A DNA stretch of 64,000 nt from an uncultured delta proteobacterium. GTDB taxonomy: Bacteria > Desulfobacterota > Desulfomonilia > UBA1062. The DNA lies in assembly GCA_963785235.1 (NCBI GenBank), contig CAWAUM010000002.1, positions 192,001-256,000 of the forward strand. The letters run 5' to 3'. The notes below the pieces were generated by a model. It did not search any database, was not told the DNA's origin, and was given only the letters and a program-made list of their open reading frames with translations. The translations under genes and the position numbers were made by a program. This document shows, piece by piece, positions 55,464 to 64,000 of the stretch (its first letter is position 1; each line of letters starts with the position of its first letter).

Positions 55464-56087
55464 TTGAGTAAAGATAAGAACAAGAGCGTTGCAAGAGATT
55501 GGGCAGAGGCCCTTGTAGTTGCATTTGTCATCGCCATGATCATCAGGGCCTTCATTCTCCAGGCCTATAGAATCCCGTCTTCATCCATGGAGGATACCCT
55601 GCTGAAAGGCGATCATATCCTTGCAACGAAGTTTACCTATGGCCTTACCATGCCGTTTACCACCAAGAAGATCTGGGGGGCGGACAAGATGCCAGCCAGA
55701 GGAGACATTATAATCTTCACCTTTCCGGTAAATCATGAAATGGATTTTGTAAAAAGGGTGATCGGCCTGCCTGGGGATGTGATCGAGGTCAGGGATAAGA
55801 AGGTCTTCGTCAATGGGAAGCGCCATGAGATCCCCCAAGAAAAATATACAGACCCCTTTACCTTGAACCAGGGGCCCGGCAAGGTCCGCGATTTCTTCGG
55901 ACCGGTCACGGTAAGCCCCGGGCATATCTTTGCCATGGGAGACAACAGGGACCAGAGCTATGACAGCCGCTTCTGGGGGCAGGTCCCTATTGAGAATATT
56001 AAAGGCAAGGCATTCATCATCTACTTTTCCTGGACAAGCGAAAAACCGTGGATACGCTACTGGCGTATCGGTCATCTCGTGCGCTAG
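55464..56087 (+). CDS. lepB: Signal peptidase I
   Basis: IPSSSMEDTL, FVKRVIGLPGD, MGDNRDQSYDSR. Confidence 0.97.
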   Translation: MSKDKNKSVARDWAEALVVAFVIAMIIRAFILQAYRIPSSSMEDTLLKGDHILATKFTYGLTMPFTTKKIWGADKMPARGDIIIFTFPVNHEMDFVKRVIGLPGDVIEVRDKKVFVNGKRHEIPQEKYTDPFTLNQGPGKVRDFFGPVTVSPGHIFAMGDNRDQSYDSRFWGQVPIENIKGKAFIIYFSWTSEKPWIRYWRIGHLVR

Positions 56088-56096
56088 GGGACGGGT

Positions 56097-56636
56097 ATGG
56101 CTGATATACCAAGAACTCCCCAAGAGATTCAATCAATCCTTATAAGACTCGCCCATGAGATCATGGCCTCAATCAGTGCCTGGGACAAGGTGGCCTTCAT
56201 CGGCGTGCGCAGCGGTGGCGAGTTGATGGCAAGAGGCCTCGTGAAGATCCTTGAGGAAAAGACAGGGAAACAACCGCCTCTTGGGGTCCTTGACATTGCC
56301 TTATATCGGGATGATCTCACCAGGAGAAAATCCTATCCTGTGGTAAGGAGTACGGATATCCCCTTCGGGGTTGATGACAAGGAAATCATCCTTGTAGATG
56401 ATGTCCTGTATACCGGCCGATCTGTCCGGGCCGCCATAGATCACATCGTGGACCTGGGACGCCCCAGGAGGATCTACCTGCTGGTGCTGTTCGACCGGGA
56501 TGGCAGGGAACTTCCCATCCAGGCGGATTTCGTAGGGCTGAAGATAAACCTGCCTGATGAGCATATCATCAAGCTTGAGGCCTCTGCTGACAAGGAGGCC
56601 ATCGCAGGAGTAGTCATCAGCGAGGTGAAACGATGA
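56097..56636 (+). CDS. pyrR: PyrR regulator / uracil phosphoribosyltransferase
   Basis: LDIALYRDD, LVDDVLYTGRS, RELPIQAD. Confidence 0.95.
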   Translation: MADIPRTPQEIQSILIRLAHEIMASISAWDKVAFIGVRSGGELMARGLVKILEEKTGKQPPLGVLDIALYRDDLTRRKSYPVVRSTDIPFGVDDKEIILVDDVLYTGRSVRAAIDHIVDLGRPRRIYLLVLFDRDGRELPIQADFVGLKINLPDEHIIKLEASADKEAIAGVVISEVKR

Positions 56637-57566
56637 ACTGGCCTCATAAAGACCTCATCGCCATTGCAGACCTGAGCCGCGAAGAGATCTATACCATCCT
56701 CGATATGAGCAAGTCTTTCAAGGAGATCAGCAAGAGGGACATCAAGAAGGTCCCGGCGCTAAGAGGCAAGACCGTGGTGCTGCTCTTCTATGAGGCGTCC
56801 ACCAGGACACGCCTGTCCTTCGAACTTGCTGCAAAGCGCCTGAGTGCCGATACCATGGCGCTGTCCGCATCCGGGTCCTCCTTTGCAAAAGGCGAGACCA
56901 TCATGGATGCCGCACAGAATGTCATGGCCATGTCCCCCGATTGCATCGTAATACGATACCCGTATGCCGGGCTTCCCAAGAAGCTGGCCCGGGAACTTCC
57001 CTGTTCCATCATCAATGCAGGAGACGGAGCCCATGAGCACCCTTCCCAGGCCCTGCTGGACATGTATTCCATGAAGGAGCACTTCGGTAAGCTTGAGGGT
57101 TTGCATGTGGCTATAGTGGGAGATATCCTGCATTCGCGGGTGGCCCGGTCGAATGTCTATGGATTAAAAAAGGTAGGGGCGCAGGTCACCTTGGTGGCAC
57201 CTAAAGACGCTCCTTCCTGTGGGCATAGAGACATGGGGGGTGAATGTCTCAACCTCCTTTGACCCCGTTGTGGGCGAAGCGGATGTCATCATGATGCTCA
57301 GGGTGCAAAAAGAACGGATGCACGAACAATACTTCTCAGGTGAGCGGGAATATGCCTATTTTTATGGTCTTAACAGGGCCAGGGTTGACAAGATGAAACA
57401 AGGTGCGGTCATCATGCATCCGGGGCCCATGAACAGGGGCGTGGAGATCACCCATGACGCCGCTGACGGGGCACGCTCCATTATCCTTAATCAGGTGGAA
57501 AACGGTGTGGCCGTGAGGATGACGCTGCTGTACCTGTCGCTGGGAGGGAATGTCAATGTGGATTAA
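56633..57566 (+). CDS. pyrB: Aspartate carbamoyltransferase catalytic subunit (frameshifted near 57205)
   Basis: STRTRLSF, NAGDG.HEHPSQ, GDILHSRV; MLRVQKER and HPGPMNRG in ORF 57219..57566. Confidence 0.95.
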
Positions 57567-58830
57567 GGGCGGACGCATTATCGACCCTGCGAATAACCGT
57601 GACGAACTCGCTGATATTCTTTTGCGTAACGGCATTATCGAAGAGATCCTTCCTGCAGGCGGACCTGTGCCGGCAGGTGTTGAGGTTCTCGATGCAACAG
57701 GGATGTGGGTGCTCCCGGGACTTATCGATATGCATGCCCACCTCAGGGATCCCGGATTTGAGTATAAGGAAGACATAGCAACCGGGAGCCTTGCTGCAGC
57801 AGCAGGCGGCATTACTACTGTGGTCTGCATGGCCAACACCGATCCGGTCAATGACAATGCCTCGGTTACTCAGTATATTCTCCAGAAGGCATTGAGCGTG
57901 GGTCTGGTGCGGGTGCTGCCGGTGGGGGCCATGACCAAGGGCCAACAGGGCAAAGAGCTCTCTGAGATGGGGCTCATGAAAGAGGCGGGTATTGTCGGGG
58001 TTTCAGATGATGGGAGGCCTGTGGAAAATGCAGCCATCATGCGTAGCGCCATGGAGTATGCCGCCACATTCTCATTGCCCGTAATATCCCATTGCGAAGA
58101 CAGGAATCTCGCAGCTACAGGGGTGATGAATGAGGGCTCGCTTGCATCAGAGCTCGGCCTGGCAGGCATCACGCCCCTGGCCGAGGAGGTCATGGTCTCG
58201 CGTGATGTGCTGATATCGCAATATACCGGTGTTCCTGTTCACATCACCCACATCTCCACCAAAGGGAGCCTGGATATTATAAGGGAGGCAAAGCAGTACG
58301 GGGCGAAGGTCACCTGCGATGCCACACCGCATCATCTCCTTCTCTCCGAGGAAGGCGTGCGGACCTATGATGCGAATTACAAGATGAATCCGCCCCTGAG
58401 GAATGAGGCCCACAGGCATGCGTTGATAGAAGGGCTCAGGATGAACCTGATAGACTGCATTGCAACTGACCATGCGCCTCATGCCAAGGACGAGAAAGAC
58501 CTGGACTTTGACCTGGCCCCCTTCGGCATCATAGGGTTTCAGACCTTGCTGCCGGCCATCATGAAGCTTCACCTCGATTTTGACATCGATTTCTCTCAGC
58601 TCCTGGCCTGCGTGACCAAGAACCCCGCCAAGATTTTGGGCATCGATGGAGGTATGCTGAGTCCAGGTTCACGGGCCGATATTACAATCTTTGATCCAGA
58701 GGCCATCTGGACCCTGACCGAAGAGATGATTCTGTCCAAGTCCCGGAACACCCCCTTCATCGGATGGACCTTTACCGGCAAGGTGGTGCGAACCATTTCT
58801 GAAGGAAAAACCGTCTACAGCTCTGACTAG
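57550..58830 (+). CDS. pyrC: Dihydroorotase
   Basis: DMHAHLRDPG, SHCED, KMNPPLR, ATDHAPH. Confidence 0.96.
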   Translation: MSMWIKGGRIIDPANNRDELADILLRNGIIEEILPAGGPVPAGVEVLDATGMWVLPGLIDMHAHLRDPGFEYKEDIATGSLAAAAGGITTVVCMANTDPVNDNASVTQYILQKALSVGLVRVLPVGAMTKGQQGKELSEMGLMKEAGIVGVSDDGRPVENAAIMRSAMEYAATFSLPVISHCEDRNLAATGVMNEGSLASELGLAGITPLAEEVMVSRDVLISQYTGVPVHITHISTKGSLDIIREAKQYGAKVTCDATPHHLLLSEEGVRTYDANYKMNPPLRNEAHRHALIEGLRMNLIDCIATDHAPHAKDEKDLDFDLAPFGIIGFQTLLPAIMKLHLDFDIDFSQLLACVTKNPAKILGIDGGMLSPGSRADITIFDPEAIWTLTEEMILSKSRNTPFIGWTFTGKVVRTISEGKTVYSSD

Positions 58831-59964
58831 ATAAGGTCCGTGTCTTCCAGCAGGCTTTTTACCATTTCACCGATGGCGAGGCAGCTCGTGAGTCCTGGTG
58901 ACTCGATCCCGATGAGGTTGATGAGGCCTGTAAGGCCACGGTCCGCCTCATGGCGGATCACGAAGTCTCGCACTTCTCCATCCGGAGGCTGAAGTCTTGG
59001 GCCTGATGCCTGCCATGTCCGGCATGAGATCCTCTTCATCAAGCATCGGCAGGAGCCTCCGTGCGCTGTCCAGGAAGTCCTTTGCATGGGCCGGGTCTAC
59101 GTCATAATTGATCATGTCAACATACCTGGCATCAGGGCCTAGCCTGACCGAGCCTGAGAGGTCCTTGGTGATGTGAATACCCAGCCCGGTAAGGTCTTTT
59201 TCAGGGCTTGGGTACACCAGGCCGTTCACCAGCCCCTGCTTTTTTCCCCTTATACGGAAATACTGGCCCTTGACCGGATAGATGCGGTACCCCGCAGCGG
59301 GAACATCGATGCCGGCCATGGAGGCAACCGTATCCGCGTGGAGGCCCCCTGAATTGATGAGGGTCCTTGTGGTAAAGGTATAGCGCTCCCGCGACTGTGT
59401 ATTCACTGTGCAGAGGAACCCCTCTTTGGTGAAATCAAGCCCGGATAGGCGAGAGTTGTATAAGACCGTGCAGCCCTGGCTCAGGGCAAGTGCCTCGAGG
59501 GTTTTGATCAGCCGGTGCGAATCGATGATACCGGTCAGCGGTGAATAAAGGGCGCTTACTCCGGCAACAAAAGGTTCCCTCTTGTTGCAGGTCGTCCCTG
59601 GTGATCATGGTGAGCCCCTGTGCCCCGTTTTCTGTTCCCTGTCTTGCAAAGACTCTCAATGGCAGGCTCTTCAATAGGGCTTGTGGCCACGATAACCTTT
59701 CCGATTTTTTGAAAGGGTATGGCATGCCTTTCACAAAACGAATACAGCGCTTTGAGACCCCTCTATGCAGAGCCTGGCCTTTAACGAGCCCGTTGGATAA
59801 TAGATCCCGGCGTGGATCACCTCGGAGTTGCGGGAGCTTGTCTCCTTGCCGGGGCCGGATTCCTTTTCCAATACGACAATGGACCTGCCTTTCCCTGCGA
59901 GTGCACAGGCTATTGCCAGGCCCACGACACCTGCCCCCACAATAGTGATATCCACATGAATCAT
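58827..59964 (-). CDS. FAD-dependent oxidoreductase, L-2-hydroxyglutarate oxidase (LhgO)-like; several frameshifts
   Basis: [60 protein letters not shown] spread over four frames. Confidence 0.85.
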
Positions 59965-60201
59965 AGAGCCCTTATACCAACAAAGAGAATTGGGGAAAAG
60001 AAAAACGTAAAAGAAAAAGTTAAAACGGAAAGAAATGAGACCTTTGCCGTAGTATAAATATAAACAGCCCTAAGGATAGGTCGTCTTATTATAAAACGCT
60101 GTAAAATCTCACGAGCCGTCTTGCCTCTTTCCCTGTGATCTGGTATACCTTTCATGGTCTACTCAAGCGCAAGCATAACAACACAATTCTAGGAGGAGAC
60201 C

Positions 60202-61810
60202 ATGGATATCAGGGATAAGATTCCGGTGATCAGGGTTGCCATCAGGGGTGCCAATGGAAGGATGGGTCTTCAGGCTATCTATGCCTCGATGGAGAATAAC
60301 GAAAATATCCTTGCCAGGGCAAAAACCAAGGAGCTTGCCGATAAGGATGTCTGGATAGATATCGTTTTCGGGGCCTTTACCGCAGACATCCCCACGGTGC
60401 AGCTGATTCTTGCCGGGGTCATGCGTTCGGAAAAATCAAAAATCCTGGAAGGTTATGACAAGATGGGGAGTCCCATCGTCCGCCTGAAGGCTGACGGCAA
60501 GCACGAGCTGAGGACCAAGTATCTGGAGCAGACCCTTGATGAGGAGCCTCAGCGCGATCATGTCATCCCCTTTGATCGCCAGGAACTCATAGACTCGCCC
60601 GAGGGACTTCCGGCCATCAAGATCCTGTCCCATGACAAACAGGAGGTGCTCTCGATTATCCGCCACGCCAATGTACGTCTCGGAGAACTCTCTTCAGAGG
60701 CCATCATGGACCGGGTTCTGGACACGGCGTATGACCTGGGTGCGAACGTCTTGCTGTCGTGTGTGGGAGACACGGCAAAAAAGGCGGACCGGATGCAGAA
60801 GTGGCTCGACAAGATCCATGAGAAGAAATACCCGATTGGGTTTTTAGAATCTGCGCCGGCCAAGGGCTGGGAGAAAAGGATGCTCTCCCGTCAGGATGAG
60901 ATCAGCATGCTCTGCTCAAGGAACTACAGCCCCACAGGGACGCTGTTCAGGACCGGGATCGCCCTGAAGCAGCCCTTGTTCACGTATAATAACTTTGAGT
61001 TCGGAAAGGCGGCCCAAAGGTTTAAAAAGGTATTCGGCAGGATCATAGCGCAGATTACACAAAACGATGCCTTCAAGAATTATGCACAGATCCTTAAGAA
61101 ACAGCCCACAACAATCCGGGAGATCGATGGTGAGAAGATCCTGGTGAACTACCCTCCCAACTTCCTTACCGTGACCTCGCCTGAGTATATCATCTTCAGC
61201 TTCTATGAAGACAACGAATATGGCTTCATCTGCGCGTCGCTCATCCCCAATCTCAAGGCTCTTGGCCTGATTTATCGAGACAGTGCCCTGGTGGAGAAGG
61301 TCAGGACGGATGGTCTGAAGTATGAAGCTGTTACCAATGTCCCCGGTCTCTTCGGGACCGACTGGATAGTAAAGGCCCCCCAGGAGATCATTAAAAGGGG
61401 TGGCGCAATGTCCACGAGTTCCTGCACCACAAATGGCAATATTGTGGGAGACATCATCATGTTTCTGGCCCTGCACAGCTATTTTGACTTCTTCGCTGAC
61501 ACGACAAAAGATTATTATCTGTGCTCCGACACAGCGAAAAGGCATAAGATCGAGGAGAAGATCGAAAAGAAATTCTCCGAATTTAAGGGTTACCTTGAAG
61601 GGATACTCTCCAAACAGGGCCCGCATGATCAAGACGATCTTCAATTTCTATTACGACCAGGTATCTTTCATCAACACAGATATGCAGCACGGGCTTACCC
61701 GATCAGAATCACCCGAGGTCCTGGATTACCTGAGAGAGACCATCTTCGGGTTCCCAGACCGAGGTCCCCAAGATTCTCTCTTTACCGAGCCGCGAGCAGG
61801 AATATTTTAA
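60202..61810 (+). CDS. Divergent GAPDH-superfamily protein with permuted motif order (frameshift near 61620)
   Basis: RBS AGGAGG; RVAIRGANGRMG, ESAPAKG, YEDNEYGF, STSSCTTN; TDMQHGLT in the second frame ending at TAA 61810. Confidence 0.7.
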
Positions 61811-62013
61811 GGGTCTCAGGGCCCTTCTCATGGATCAGCTTGCCGTTGAAAAGCACGAGCAAGAAAAGGCAGGCCTTGCTGAGCAGCTTAAAAATATTGA
61901 ATCAAGCATCAAGACAATTGACAATAGTATTAACATTGTCGGCATCCTTGAACAGGTAGAGGCTAATTAGGGGCTTGACACCTCAATTTCGTTTGGACTA
62001 TGAACCCTGACAA

Positions 62014-62086
62014 GGGCCCATAGCTCAATTGGTAGAGCCACCGGCTCATAACCGGTAGGTCCCTGGTTCGATTCCAGGTGGGCCCA
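62014..62086 (+). tRNA. tRNA with CAT anticodon, probably tRNA-Ile2 (lysidine)
   Basis: GGGCCCA/TGGGCCC acceptor stem, CTCATAA loop, GTTCGATTC; no initiator features; CCA not encoded. Confidence 0.9.
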
Positions 62087-62166
62087 TAACTGGGCCAAGG
62101 AAGTAAGGGTGAGAACGGGTAACGTACATGACCACTATTTAACGCAAATTTTCGACAAGGCAGTAC

Positions 62167-62198
62167 AAAGGGGTGCTCGTAAGAAGCATCCCTTTTTT
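62167..62198 (+). terminator. Intrinsic terminator after the tRNA
   Basis: AAAGGGGTGCT-CGTAAGA-AGCATCCCTTTTTT. Confidence 0.7.
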
Positions 62199-62206
62199 AT
62201 TCATTT

Positions 62207-62956
62207 ATGATGATGCTTAAAGACGTGATTGCAGTGCTTGATACCATAGCCCCCTTCGAGGGGGCCCAGGAGTGGGACAACGTGGGCCTTATGGTGGGTG
62301 ACGTAGAGAGCCCCATCAACTCGGTACTGGTGGCACTTGATCCTTCACTTGAGGTTATCCATAAGGCCAAGGAAGCCCGAATAGATCTTATCCTCACCCA
62401 TCACCCACTTATATTACAGCCCATTATCCGCATAGATCTTCAGGAAGTGATCGCTAAAAAGATAGCAATGCTTATCCTTACACGGATAAACCTCATCAGC
62501 ATGCACACCAATCTCGACAAGGCGCCGGGCGGTGTGGCCGACGAGCTGGCCAAAAGGCTTGGCCTGAACGATGTAAGGTCCGACGGGTATATGCGGATAG
62601 GTTCCATCAACAAACCAGTTCCCCTGAATGATTGGATTACGGCTTTGCGTGTAAGAAGCGCTCGGCTCATAGATACCGGCAGGGATGTGTCCATGGTTGC
62701 CCTGTGCCCGGGAAGCGGCATGGAGTATTGGAAACAGGCTTTAAGCCTCGGCTGCGACACCTTCGTAACCGGCGATGTCCGCTACCATGCCGGGCTCGAC
62801 GCAAAGGAAGCGGGCATGAATGTCGTGGACCTGGGGCACTTCGGAACAGAAGAGATTATTGTAATCCCCCTTGCAGAAAGGCTCAAACAGGAGCTGAAGG
62901 GAGTAGCGGTCCACGCCCACCAGGGCAGGGATGTCTTTATCCCCTATTACAACTAA
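62207..62956 (+). CDS. Nif3-like dinuclear metal centre protein
   Basis: WDNVGL, THHPL, HTNLD, TGDVRYH, DLGHFGTE. Confidence 0.93.
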   Translation: MMMLKDVIAVLDTIAPFEGAQEWDNVGLMVGDVESPINSVLVALDPSLEVIHKAKEARIDLILTHHPLILQPIIRIDLQEVIAKKIAMLILTRINLISMHTNLDKAPGGVADELAKRLGLNDVRSDGYMRIGSINKPVPLNDWITALRVRSARLIDTGRDVSMVALCPGSGMEYWKQALSLGCDTFVTGDVRYHAGLDAKEAGMNVVDLGHFGTEEIIVIPLAERLKQELKGVAVHAHQGRDVFIPYYN

Positions 62957-62968
62957 GGAGAGCAGATA

Positions 62969-63718
62969 TTGAAGGATTTACTGGAAGATCTGATAGCATT
63001 ACAGGAAGTGGAGATTGAGATATTCAAGGCAGAAGACGGCTTGCGGGAGCTTCCCAAAGAGGTCTCTGAGATCGAGAGCATTATAACCGCCAGGAAGAGG
63101 TCCCTGGATTCAGCGGATGAAGAGATTGCCTCCTATGAGGAGAGGAAGGCCCCCCTGGAGGTGGAGCTTAAAGAGAACCAGGCCCTCCTTGATGCGGCGG
63201 ACGCCAGGATAAAGCGGATCAAGACCAATAAGGAATATCTTGCCATGCAGCGTGAGATCGACATTGCCAAGAAGCGAAAGGCCGATCTCGAGGAGCAGGT
63301 CCTTACCATAATGGAAAAGATCGAAAAGAAGAGCTCCGAGCGGCAGAGAATCAGGACCTCGTTCGAGACCGACAAGGTGATCCTGGAAGAGAAGATGGAT
63401 AAGCTCAATACCCAGATGGAAGAGCTTGAGGCCGTACTGGCCGAATACAAGGGGAAAGACGACCGCCTCCGCAAAAAGATAGTGGACAAATCACTCCTGT
63501 CCAAGTACGACCGCATCAAGCAGAGCAAGAAGGGCCTGGCCGTGGTGGAGTGCTTTGAAGGGGTATGCAGGGGCTGCCACATGCACATCCAGCCTCAACT
63601 CTTCAACGAGCTCATTCGTGGCGACAAGCTGATCAACTGCCCGGCATGCCAGAGGATACTCTATGCTGAAGGCCGAGGAAGAGTAGGAATAGGCGGGGTA
63701 GAGAATATAATAGTTTAA
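62969..63718 (+). CDS. Coiled-coil protein with C4 zinc ribbon (DUF164/CT398-like)
   Basis: Long coiled coil, TNKEY, CRGCHM..CPACQRIL; TTG start after AAGGAG. Confidence 0.9.
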   Translation: MKDLLEDLIALQEVEIEIFKAEDGLRELPKEVSEIESIITARKRSLDSADEEIASYEERKAPLEVELKENQALLDAADARIKRIKTNKEYLAMQREIDIAKKRKADLEEQVLTIMEKIEKKSSERQRIRTSFETDKVILEEKMDKLNTQMEELEAVLAEYKGKDDRLRKKIVDKSLLSKYDRIKQSKKGLAVVECFEGVCRGCHMHIQPQLFNELIRGDKLINCPACQRILYAEGRGRVGIGGVENIIV

Positions 63719-64000
63719 ACAATATTCCGGATGCATAAGAGATGGGTATGCGTCCGGTGAATATTAGGCAATAAGAACCGGAAACTTTAACAGAAGCAAA
63801 CATTTGCTATGATAATGATATCAATAAAGTATGGGCGGGTAACCGGCGACGGTTTCTCCTGTACTCCACGAACCTGCACACAAACCCCGCAAGGTTACCA
63901 AAATACACACGAAATAATTACTGTTAAAGTTTTTTAAAAATTATCCGTATAGAGAGAGTGAAATGATACTTGCTGAACTATGCACTTTCATTCTGTCGGG

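Noticed and set aside
57190-57262. Programmed frameshift in pyrB or the other split genes
   Set aside because: No slippery heptamer or stimulatory structure seen; window-wide indels are better explained as sequencing errors
61620-61959. C-terminal ~110 aa of the 585-aa ORF as real protein
   Set aside because: It runs into the tRNA promoter region; the alternative frame ending at 61810 carries the HxxT motif
63845-63900. Fluoride riboswitch-like GGCGACGG start
   Set aside because: The 3' pseudoknot part (CTRATGRC) is not present

Overview
A ~64 kb stretch of core bacterial chromosome. The gene families suggest a deltaproteobacterial (Desulfobacterota-like) organism, which is an inference. 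It carries housekeeping blocks: rel-proS-ispG, rplM-rpsI-argC, parA-parB-dnaN-gyrB-gyrA with a parS site, tRNA-Gly-rimP-nusA-infB-rbfA-truB-rpsO-pnp, truA-rfbB-rfbD-lepB-pyrRBC, and tRNA(CAT)-Nif3-zinc ribbon. Accessory blocks are an OmpR-type two-component system with two small secreted proteins, beta-oxidation genes, a non-canonical PHA locus (PhaR, three paralogous phasin-like genes, two Cys-box alpha/beta hydrolases), and a sigma54-driven surface protein with five 282-bp tandem repeats. About ten genes, including the essential gyrB, carry single-base frameshifts, most likely long-read consensus errors. The main observations are: (1) a GAPDH-like gene whose conserved motifs are out of canonical order, with two internal segments apparently swapped between short microhomologies; (2) the atypical PHA granule locus; (3) an oriC-like unwinding element upstream of dnaN, with parAB in place of dnaA and no recF; (4) an HDOD/H-box protein ending in three GFEDY motifs; (5) an unexplained AT-rich region with 100-bp-spaced repeats downstream of gyrA. 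No CRISPR array, rRNA or transposase was found.
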